47,166 nucleotides of DNA from Octopus sinensis (lineage: Eukaryota). The DNA lies in the NCBI RefSeq assembly GCF_006345805.1, contig NW_021824664.1:1-47166 (forward strand), in the 5' to 3' direction. Position 1 is the stretch's first letter; every line of letters begins with the position of its first letter. Below, piece after piece: positions 26,410 to 35,207 of this stretch. The position numbers were made by a program, and so were the translations under genes. Below the pieces are notes generated by a model that was not told the DNA's origin, did not search any database, and saw only the letters and a program-made list of their open reading frames with translations.

Positions 26410-26590
26410 ATAACGGGAAGGTTTACGAAAATAAACAAAAGACGAAGGAGGTGGAGTACAAACAAACAATGTATTAGTATGGCGCTCAGGAATAGAATAA
26501 ACAAGTCTTTTACGTTTCGAGCCTACGCTCTTCGACAGAAAGATACACAGAAAAGAAACAAGGAGAGAAAAAATTGCGTGTAGGGGCTAA
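26410..26590 (-). mobile_element. Solo PLE-like terminal repeat with HHR-like motif (CUGUCGA core)
   Basis: Minus strand cuuu CUGUCGA A GAGC GUAG GCUC GAAAC GUA aaag; same family as 28590-28995. Confidence 0.7.
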
Positions 26591-26594
26591 CGAT

Positions 26595-26897
26595 ATGATT
26601 TTGATGATTTTGATTTTCCAGTTTCAGCTAATGAGCTGTGGCCATGCTGGGGCACCGCCATTTGGTTTGCTACACGGTTTTACCTCACGGATGCTTTTTA
26701 GCAAATGCCATCTGATGCATGAGAGAGTTCGATGCAGCTGCCCTCATCTGCGCCTCCTGCCGTGAAGTTGGTTCATCCGGGACACCTGACAGGAAGAGAT
26801 CCAGTCCTACTTTAAAGACATCCGCATCCACACCATGCAGGTCCCTCAGGTTCTTCGGGAGGATATTGAAGAGCCGTGGGCCTCTGAAGCCCAGGCT
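26595..26897 (-). mobile_element. 3' end of CR1/L2-group LINE
   Basis: Open minus frame SLGFRGPRLFNILPKNLRDLHGVDADVFKVGLDLFLSGVPDEPTSRQEAQMRAAASNSLMHQM, then tail ggcggtgccccagcatggccacagc. Confidence 0.8.
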
Positions 26898-26960
26898 ATC
26901 ACAATATCTTGTATATATATATATATTAAATTAATAATTAGATATATATGTACATAATTA

Positions 26961-27113
26961 TATTAAGGGAGTAAGTGAGAAAGAAGATTACTTATCTCCA
27001 ACATGCTTGAAAATGCCGAGGCATTCAGCTACTACCTCGGTCGTATCTGAATCTCTCGGCATTATCAAGCATATTGGAGATAGGTCGTTTTTTTTTACCC
27101 TTGTCCCTTAATA
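26961..27113. repeat. Fold-back / hairpin element
   Basis: 28-bp arms 26993-27020 / 27055-27082 (2 mismatches), inner attcag/ctgaat, outer tattaaggga/tcccttaata. Confidence 0.8.
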
Positions 27114-27123
27114 TGATATGATA

Positions 27124-27169
<46 letters not shown>

Positions 27170-27180
27170 ATATATATATA

Positions 27181-27215
<35 letters not shown>

Positions 27216-27326
27216 TTATTAATTTAATGTATAAGTGTTATAAATTGTTATTGTAAGCTGACTACCTGATAAAATCATTAACGTGATTTTATCCTTATAT
27301 TCTAGTTGTATATAATATATATATAT

Positions 27327-27358
<32 letters not shown>

Positions 27359-27404
27359 ATAATATATTATATTATATTATATATATATATATATATATAT
27401 ATTC

Positions 27405-27550
27405 TTTTCTGCTCTAGGCTCAAAGCCCGAAATTTTTTGGCCGGGGGTCAGTCGATTACATTGACCCTGGTACGCGACTGGTACTTAATTCATCGACCCC
27501 GAAAGGAGGAATGGCAAAGTCGACCTCAGCGGAATTTGAACTCATAACAT
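27405..27550 (-). mobile_element. SINE family B, partial
   Basis: ctaggctcaaagcccgaaattttt...tcgacccc...ggcggaatttgaactc; homologous to 30921-31160. Confidence 0.75.
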
Positions 27551-28589
27551 CAATAATATTAATATACCAATTTGTTCTTTTTGTACGTACTTGGCATCTG
27601 TGTCACTCTTCCAAAAAGTGAGTGGTAAAGCGAGAGAGAAGAGGACAGAGAGGAAGTAATAGAGGAAGAGCGATAGTGAGAGTGAAAGAGAGTGTGAGAG
27701 AGAAAGAGAGTGTGAAAGAGACAGTGAGTGGTGACGGTGTTCGTTTTATGTTTTTAAATGTTTATCACATTGCAAGAAAATAGATTCGTAAATACATACA
27801 CACATTGTTAAATTAAAAGCGGGAGAGAGGAGATACACAGAGGAAGTGAAAGAGTAAGAGAGAAAGTGGGAGAGACAGTAGATACAAAGTTGATACATAG
27901 ATACATCGACACTGCAAATATTGGATGTCACTTTCACTTTTCATTACCACACGAGGATAAAATTAACTTGCAAATGGTTAAGTACTCCACAGACATGCAT
28001 GTCATTAACGTAGTTCTCAGGATTCAGAATAGATATAGTTAGTGTAAGATTTAACTTTTAACATTTTATGGAGTGGTCGGGTAAAAAATCTTTCAGTGTT
28101 CATTGAGTTGAAGGTGGTTGTCTCTAAAATTACTTTTATATATACGAATTAAACATCGGGAGATGTTCATTTTAGTACATCAAATTTGAATGTCTTTTTC
28201 TGTGTACTCGGAAGTAATATTCCCTAATAATTATAATATATATATATATATATCTATATATATATATATATATATAATATATATATAATATGATGGGTTT
28301 CTCTCAGTTTCCGTCTACCAAATTCACTCACGATGCTTTTGTTTAGTTTTTCTGTTTGTAAATTCCAACCATACATACAACCATACCTACATACATACAT
28401 ACATACATAATACATACATACATACATACATACATACATACATTCCAAATCCGCTTACAAGGCTTTGGTCGGACCGAGGTTATAGCAGAAGACACTTACC
28501 CAAGGTGTCACGGACTAGGAGTGAACCTGGAACATGTGATTAGGAGGCAATCTTTTTACCATACAACCAAGACTGCGCCTAATATACAT

Positions 28590-28995
28590 AGTTCAATATA
28601 CAGAAAACAAAAGACGAAGACAGGTGTAGGAAAAACAAGCAGGTGTATTAGTTTAATGATCGGGTAGAATGGAAAAGTCTTTTACGTTTCGAGGCTAAGA
28701 GCTTCGACAGAAAGGATTAAGAGAACAGATAAGGAGAGAGAATGAAAAGAAAAAAAGGGAGAGAGAAAATTGTGTAGGGCCTAACGTTTCAACATTTATA
28801 TACATATTATATATATATATGCCATGATAGATTGTTAGCCACTACACACATTTTCTCTCCTTGTTTCTCTCCTTGCTTTTTCTGTGTCCCTTTCTGTAGA
28901 AGAGCGTAGGCTCGAAACGTAAAAGACTTTTACTATTCCTGAGCGTTATACTAATATATTTGTTTGTTTTGTACACCACCTGTCCTCGTCTTTTG
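28590..28995. mobile_element. Head-to-head inverted pair of PLE-like terminal repeats carrying HHR-like motifs
   Basis: Left copy minus (HHR-like about 28678-28715), right copy plus (cuuu CUGUAGA A GAGC GUAG GCUC GAAAC GUA aaag, 28890-28924). Confidence 0.7.
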
Positions 28996-28996
28996 T

Positions 28997-29027
<31 letters not shown>

Positions 29028-29032
29028 GTATG

Positions 29033-29066
<34 letters not shown>

Positions 29067-29069
<3 letters not shown>

Positions 29070-29222
29070 GCTGTGTGGTAAGTAGCTTGTTTACCAGTCA
29101 CATGGTTCCGGGTTCAGTCTCACTGCGTGGAGACGTGGGCAAGTGTCTTCTACTATAGCCTCATAGCCTCGAGCCGACCTTGTAAGTGGATTTGGTAGAC
29201 GGAAACTGAAAGATGCCCGTTT

Positions 29223-29254
<32 letters not shown>

Positions 29255-29265
29255 ATGTATATGTG

Positions 29266-29318
<53 letters not shown>

Positions 29319-29525
29319 ATATGTATATGTGTCATACATCTACATACATATATCGCTTGACAACCGATGCTGGTGTGTTTATGTCACCGTTGTTTAGCGG
29401 TTCGATAAAAGAGTCTGATATAATAAGTACTAGGCTTACAAAGAGTAAGTCTTGGGGTCGATTCGTTCGACTAAAGGCGGTGCTCCAGCATCGCCGCAGT
29501 CAAATGACTGAAACGTATAAAAGAA
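29067..29525 (+). mobile_element. SINE family A, full length
   Basis: Head gtggctgtgtggtaagtagc...ggttcagtc, internal TA/TG tract, tail ggcggtgctccagcat..gcagtcaaatgactgaaac. Confidence 0.9.
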
Positions 29526-29536
29526 ATATATATATA

Positions 29537-29647
29537 AGGCAAGGCAAACATCTCGAGTCATATTCATTATCATTATTCGTAAAAAGATTCAAAGTCTTTT
29601 CTTTCCAATAATAATAATGTATACGACTTGAGATGTTTGCCATGCCT
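29537..29647. mobile_element. 111-bp MITE with TA flanks
   Basis: About 27-bp imperfect TIR aggcaaggcaaacatctcgagtcatat / atacgacttgagatgtttgccatgcct, with TA on both sides. Confidence 0.65.
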
Positions 29648-30013
29648 TAATGTTTGTTGTCCTCTTTAACAATTATGTATCCGCTATATCAGAGATCTGC
29701 ATTGGCTCCATAACTACAGTCTTGGCTATAACGATGGAGCACCAGTAATCCATTACAGCACTTACCTAGCGTACCTAATCGTTTAGACCCCCCGTGAATT
29801 ATATATATATAATGATAAATCTCAGAGCGAGTTATAAACAGTAGCAGTAACACATCGTGACGCATATTTGCCATTTGAATATGGCTAACCCCTAAGGGTG
29901 GGTGCTACTGTAGTTTGTAGCCCCAGGAAGATATCTCCTCCAGCTGGCTATAGACACACTATCTTTGTCCTCTCAGTATTTGTGAAGAGAAGTCATCCTC
30001 CCCGTCTTCAACT

Positions 30014-30074
30014 CATGATACACACGAACTCGACTTTCAAGGTGTTTACCTCTCATCAGCGTGTGACAATCATG
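30014..30074 (-). ncRNA. Type I hammerhead ribozyme, mirror copy with C15.2G mismatch
   Basis: cacacg CUGAUGA gaggu-aaac-accuu GAAAG ucga GUU cgugug. Confidence 0.6.
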
Positions 30075-30179
30075 GTTGTCGACGAGAAGTCAGCTCCCTT
30101 CACAAATACATATACTTTTTCCAGTGTCGATGGAAAAAGTATATGTATTTGTGAAGGGATCTGACTTCTCGTCGACAGC

Positions 30180-30240
30180 CATGATTGTCACACGCTGATG
30201 AGAGGTAAACACCTTGAAACTCGAGTTCGTGTGTATCATG
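30180..30240 (+). ncRNA. Type I hammerhead ribozyme, complete core
   Basis: Helix I cacacg/cgugug extended by caugau/aucaug; CUGAUGA (30195-30201); helix II gaggu-aaac-accuu; GAAAC; palindromic helix III AC-UCGA-GU; predicted cleavage after GUU at 30227. Confidence 0.85.
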
Positions 30241-30460
30241 AGTTGAAGACGGGGAGGATGACTTCCCTTCACAAATACTGAGAGGACACAGATAGTGTGT
30301 CTATAGCCAGCTGGAGGAGATATCTTCCTGGGGCTACAAACTACAGTAGCATCCCCCTTAGGGGTTAGCCATATTCAAATGGCAAATATGCGTAATTATA
30401 TATATATATAATATATATAATATTATATATATATATTATATATATATATATTTATTTATT

Positions 30461-30575
30461 ATATAGAAGGAGCTTCTACAGGACTAGTACTGTTTCATTC
30501 AAGAGAAATCTTCAGGAAGCTCCTGAAGATTTCTCTTGATAAACAGTACTAGTCCTGTAGAAGCTCCTTCTATAT
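30461..30575. repeat. About 115-bp palindrome carrying an HHR in each arm
   Basis: atatagaaggagcttctacaggactagtactgttt...aaacagtactagtcctgtagaagctccttctatat, with one small bulge. Confidence 0.9.
30469..30523 (-). ncRNA. Type I hammerhead ribozyme
   Basis: GGAGCUUC CUGAAGA uuuc-ucuu-gaau GAAACAG uacuaguc CUGUA GAAGCUCC: 8-bp helix I, 4-bp helix III, GUA triplet; the closing pair of helix II is U.U. Confidence 0.75.
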
Positions 30576-30920
30576 AAAATAATTTTTACTCTGCTATGTA
30601 TTGAGTACCTTTCTTACTGTGTTAACCCCGGATCCCCGGGACCTACATATATATATATATATATATATATATAAACATACATAAGGGAACGGGGTGTACG
30701 TACGCCGCAATAATATAGGTATAAAAATTATATATAAAGAAACAAGAACATGAAATGTTCGTCCCTTTGTGTAGTTCACGTTCTTGTTTCTTTATATATA
30801 ATTTTTATACCTATATATATATATATATATACTTACAAACCCTAATTCACCTAGTTACTCACCCACCTACTCTAATCTGGAGAAGCGCTTGCTGTTTAGG
30901 GTTTGTTATAAATATATATT

Positions 30921-31160
30921 TCTTTTTCTATTCTAGGCACAGGACCCGAAATCTTTTGGGGAGAGGGGCCAGTCGATTAGATCGACCCCAGTATTCAACT
31001 GGTACTTAATTTATCGACCCCGAAAGGATGAAAGGCAATGTCCGAAAGGATGAAAGGTAAAATCGACCTCGGCGGAATTTGAACTCTCAACGTAAAGACA
31101 GACGAAATAGCGCTAAGCACTTTGTCCGGCGTGCTAATGTTTCTGCCAGCTCGCCGCCTT
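30921..31160 (-). mobile_element. tRNA-derived SINE family B
   Basis: Minus head aaggcggcgagctggcagaaacattagcacgccgg...gagttcaaattccgccgaggtcga; homologous to 37651-37810. Confidence 0.85.
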
Positions 31161-31392
31161 TGTTTTGTTATAAATATTAAAAATATTTTTATTTTGTAGT
31201 TTTAAAAATGGATGATTTACTTAATCGTCTACGACATTTGCTTTCATTTACTTCACTTTATGCGTTAACCACGTGGTTTCGGTTTCAGTCCCTCTATGCA
31301 GTACCTTGGGCGAGTGCCTTACACTGCAATCCCGGGAAGACCAATGCTTTGCAAATGAATTTGGTTGACGGAAACTGTATTGAAGCCAGTCG

Positions 31393-31439
<47 letters not shown>

Positions 31440-31753
31440 TCTATGTATTTGTGTGGGCATGTGTGTGCGTGTTTTTGTGTCTTTATGTGTCTCCTCACTG
31501 ACTGACAACTAGTGCTGTTTTGTTTCCGTTCATGTAACTTAGCAGTGGCTCGGCAAAAGAAACCGATAGAATAATGCTCTAGATATTAAAATCCCCATGT
31601 ACTGGGTTCAATTTGTTCATATTGCCACCCAGTACGGCCGCAGTGCAGTCACAGGACTAAAACTAGTAAAATGTAAGAAAACAAACCATTTTTCATATAT
31701 TGCACGCTTAAAAGAATTGAAACTAACAGACATTTACAATCAAACCAAATATA

Positions 31754-31759
31754 TTTATT
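31754..31759 (-). promoter_or_regulatory. Candidate polyadenylation signal AATAAA
   Basis: About 60 nt downstream of the stop codon of the 1129-aa ORF. Confidence 0.45.
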
Positions 31760-31817
31760 ATTTGCTCAGACTTGGAGATCCATTTGTGGGCTTACACGAG
31801 CGCAATACTTTCTCACC

Positions 31818-34800
31818 TTACTCGTATATATAAACTGTTTTTACAGGGTGCGTTACATGTGTAGGGAAACGTACGCAGCCAGGTGTACACACAGATGGAC
31901 AAGAAGTATTTATAATTTGAGTGGAGGTGCATGGTGTCATAGTTGTTTCCATGATGTCATAAGATCTAACTGACTTACCAGTACAATCTGCGAACTCTAC
32001 TCTGCATAATGGTGTGTCAATTTCTTCTGAGATCTCAATATTAAAGTTTTGTAGACAACAGTAATGGGTGAGTCCAGTGATTGTTATAAGTATTTCAAAT
32101 TCATCGTCACTATCATAAACCATAACTGATGAATGAGAGTCTTCACTTAGTTCAAATGTTGTTGGTGGTGGTGGAGTCAAGTTTTCTGTTATCTGTATTA
32201 CCTTCGGAAGAGGTTCTTTCACCTGATCAATACACACGGATATAGGAGGCCCTTCAACGACCTGAGCTATACATACTGAGCGAGCAGGCTCTTCCATAAC
32301 CTCAGCCACACATGCGCATGGCTCACATACTGAGCAAACAGGCTCTTCCATAACCCCAGCCACACATGCGCATGGCTCACATACTGAGCAAACAGGTTTA
32401 TTCCTAACCTCAGTCACACACACGCATGGGTCACATACTGAGCAAACAGGCTTTTTCCTAACCTCAGTCACACATACGTATGGGTCACATACTGAGCAAA
32501 CAGGCTCTTTCCTAACCTCAGTCACACATACGCATGGGTCACATACTGAGAAAATAGGCTCTCTCATAACCTCAGCCACACATACGAATGGCTCAACAGC
32601 TTCTGTGACCTCAGTTATGTATACCGGTGGCGCAGGTACTTCTTTTATTTCCGCTGTAAATACTGTTGGAGCAGGCTCTTGTATGGCTTCAAGTATTATT
32701 TCTGGTTGGGCGGGTTCTTGTACAGCTTCAAGTATAATTACAGGTGGAGGAAGTTCTTTTACGGCTTCAATTATTATTTCTGGTTGGGCGGGTTCTTGCA
32801 CGGCTTCAACTATAATTTCTGGTGGAGGAAGTTCTTTTACGGCTTCAATTATTATTTCTGGTGGGGCGGGTTCTTCCACTGTTTCGGCTAAAATGTCTGT
32901 TCGAACCACTTCTTCCACAATCTCAGGTACAGATTCTGGTGGAGCAGTTTCTTCTACGGCCTCAGGTACTGATTCTAGTAGAGTGGGCTTTTCTTCCTCC
33001 TCAACTACAGATACAGGCAAAACCATCTCTTTCCGGAGTACAAATTCTGGCTCTTCAACGACTTCAGGTATAATTTCTGTTGGAGTATGTTCTTCCACTG
33101 TCTCAATAATAATTTCTGGTGGAGCGGTCTCTTCAACGACCTCAGGTGTAATTTCTTCAATGGATGGCTCTTCCACTGTCTCGGGAATAATTTCTAGTGA
33201 AGGTGGAACTTCAACAACCTCAAGTATTTCTGGTGGGGCGGGCTCTTCTGTTTCAGGAATAATTTCTGGTGGAGCGGGCTCTTCTGTTTCAGGAATAATT
33301 TCTGGTGGAGCGGGCTCTTCTATTTCAGGAATAATTTCTGGTGGAGCGGGCTCTTCTATTTCAGGAATAATTTCTGGTGGAGCGGGCTCTTCAACGGGCT
33401 CAGGTGTAATATCTTCTACTGTCTCAAGAATGATTTCTGGTGAAGATAATTCTTTAACGGCTTCAGTTACAATGTCTGGTAGAGGAGGCTCTTCGATGAC
33501 CTCAGCTACGAACACTTCCGCAACAGGCTCTTCAATCGTCTCAGTTAAAACTATTTCCGCAGCAGGCTCTTCAACCGTCTCAGTTAAAACTATTTCCTCA
33601 TCAGGCTCTTCTGTGATCTTAGTTAAAACTATGTCTGCAGCAGGCCCTTCTGTGATCTCAGCTAAAAATATTTCTGTAGCAGGCTCTTCTGTGATCTCAG
33701 TTAAAACTATTTCCGCTGCAGGCTCTTCAACCGTCTCAGTTAAAACTATTTCCTCAGCAGGCTCTTCAACCGTCTCAGCTAAAACTATTTCTGCAGCAGG
33801 CTCTTCAACCATCTCAGTTAAAACTATGTCTGCAGCAGGCCCTTCTGTGATCTCAGCTAAAAATATTTCTGTAATAGGCTCTTCAGTGATCTCAGTTAAA
33901 ACTATTTCTGTAGCAGGCTCTTCAACTGTCTCGCTCATAGATGTTTCCGAAGGTGGTCCTTCTGTGACTTCAACTACAAGTATTTCTGGCTCTCGGACTT
34001 GAATTGCGCATACTGGAGCAGGTTTTTCTGTAATTTCAATGGTCTCTTCTAGGTGTATAGGTTCTTCTTTGACTTCCTCTGTATACGCTGGAGGAGCAGG
34101 TTCTATATCATCTTCATAGAGTTCTGTTCTTGATAGAGCTGGAGATGACATGGGTGTAGGCGGATATGATAGTATGTCATGTTCCGCAGTCGATGTTGGT
34201 GCTACAGCTTTATACTCTTCTGTAGTATCCTTTTGTAGCAGCAGTTGCAAATCGGTTCTTACTTTTTCAGAATCAATTATCCTTGCTTCACTCTGTTCGC
34301 TTTCTGGCTCCTCTTCATCTTTGAGCTCTATTATTTCCACTGGGGGTTCTTCTGTTATATCCTTTACATGTGCCAATGCAACAGTCTCATCTGGCATTTC
34401 AACAATCTGTGGTGATATAGCAGAATCTTTATCTAATTGTTGTTGTTCAAAGTCAGTGACTTCAACTATTATGGGCGATTTAATTTTATCGCCATTTGTT
34501 TCAGTGTCATCCTCTTTTGCCTTAACATCTTTGCTTTCAGTTTCCATTTGTGTTCTGTCAATATATTGTGAATAAGCACCTTTTTCTTGCAGTAGAGCAG
34601 TCTCACTTCCCGTGCCTGGATCGATATATCTTGTAATCTCACCGGTAAATATTGTATGGCATTTGTGTCTGCATGTTGTAAATGTCAGGTTTGCATCAGC
34701 TCCTATATCTGATATTGATTCTGGTTCGCAACAGCCTGATAACGTGTCCGGAATAGACATTGACAGACAACTATTTTCCATGCATTCTGAAAAGCATAGA

Positions 34801-35207
34801 GGTTCACAACAGTCACATGATATGTCCGAAATTGTTAGTGACCGACAACAGTCTCTTCCACACACCGAAAAGTTTTGTCGATCACATGCTTTCCCCATCA
34901 GCCGATAAATTGTCACAGGCCCAGGGGTGTTTCTTATTATTTCAGAAGCTGTCATTGGGTCGGCATTTTTCCCTGCGATCTCTGAAAGTGTCAGCGGTCT
35001 ACCGACGTGTTCTACAATTTCTGAAACTGTGTGTGGTTCACAAACAACCCCCAAAGCATTCGAAACTCTCGTACATTCAGGTATGTTTGTCGCTGAATCC
35101 CCTTGTTGTCTACTTCGTTGTTCTGCGGTCGAAGCGATTCGCTGTCGACAGTCCTCTTCCGAGACCTCGGAGACAGTTTGGGGTGAGTGATTGCCTCTCT
35201 TCTTCAT
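31818..35207 (-). CDS. 1129-aa acidic Glu/Pro/Val/Ile-rich tandem-repeat protein with Cys-rich modules; function unknown
   Basis: 3.39-kb uninterrupted ORF in DNA where non-repeat ORFs are otherwise short; in-frame 36-, 39- and 54-bp repeats; downstream AATAAA; no obvious signal peptide or TM segment. Confidence 0.9.
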   Translation of the reverse strand: MKKRGNHSPQTVSEVSEEDCRQRIASTAEQRSRQQGDSATNIPECTRVSNALGVVCEPHTVSEIVEHVGRPLTLSEIAGKNADPMTASEIIRNTPGPVTIYRLMGKACDRQNFSVCGRDCCRSLTISDISCDCCEPLCFSECMENSCLSMSIPDTLSGCCEPESISDIGADANLTFTTCRHKCHTIFTGEITRYIDPGTGSETALLQEKGAYSQYIDRTQMETESKDVKAKEDDTETNGDKIKSPIIVEVTDFEQQQLDKDSAISPQIVEMPDETVALAHVKDITEEPPVEIIELKDEEEPESEQSEARIIDSEKVRTDLQLLLQKDTTEEYKAVAPTSTAEHDILSYPPTPMSSPALSRTELYEDDIEPAPPAYTEEVKEEPIHLEETIEITEKPAPVCAIQVREPEILVVEVTEGPPSETSMSETVEEPATEIVLTEITEEPITEIFLAEITEGPAADIVLTEMVEEPAAEIVLAETVEEPAEEIVLTETVEEPAAEIVLTEITEEPATEIFLAEITEGPAADIVLTKITEEPDEEIVLTETVEEPAAEIVLTETIEEPVAEVFVAEVIEEPPLPDIVTEAVKELSSPEIILETVEDITPEPVEEPAPPEIIPEIEEPAPPEIIPEIEEPAPPEIIPETEEPAPPEIIPETEEPAPPEILEVVEVPPSLEIIPETVEEPSIEEITPEVVEETAPPEIIIETVEEHTPTEIIPEVVEEPEFVLRKEMVLPVSVVEEEEKPTLLESVPEAVEETAPPESVPEIVEEVVRTDILAETVEEPAPPEIIIEAVKELPPPEIIVEAVQEPAQPEIIIEAVKELPPPVIILEAVQEPAQPEIILEAIQEPAPTVFTAEIKEVPAPPVYITEVTEAVEPFVCVAEVMREPIFSVCDPCVCVTEVRKEPVCSVCDPYVCVTEVRKKPVCSVCDPCVCVTEVRNKPVCSVCEPCACVAGVMEEPVCSVCEPCACVAEVMEEPARSVCIAQVVEGPPISVCIDQVKEPLPKVIQITENLTPPPPTTFELSEDSHSSVMVYDSDDEFEILITITGLTHYCCLQNFNIEISEEIDTPLCRVEFADCTGKSVRSYDIMETTMTPCTSTQIINTSCPSVCTPGCVRFPTHVTHPVKTVYIYE

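Larger units (their letters stand above)
29860..30393. repeat. 534-bp near-perfect palindrome (arms about 264/263 bp, 7-nt loop) carrying an HHR in each arm
   Basis: 29860-30123 is the reverse complement of 30131-30393, with about seven differences by my reading. Confidence 0.95.

Noticed and set aside
32605-34002. 465-aa Ser/Gly/Thr-rich ORF on the plus strand (and smaller ORFs at 34150-35233)
   Set aside because: Antisense shadow of the repetitive 1129-aa minus-strand CDS.
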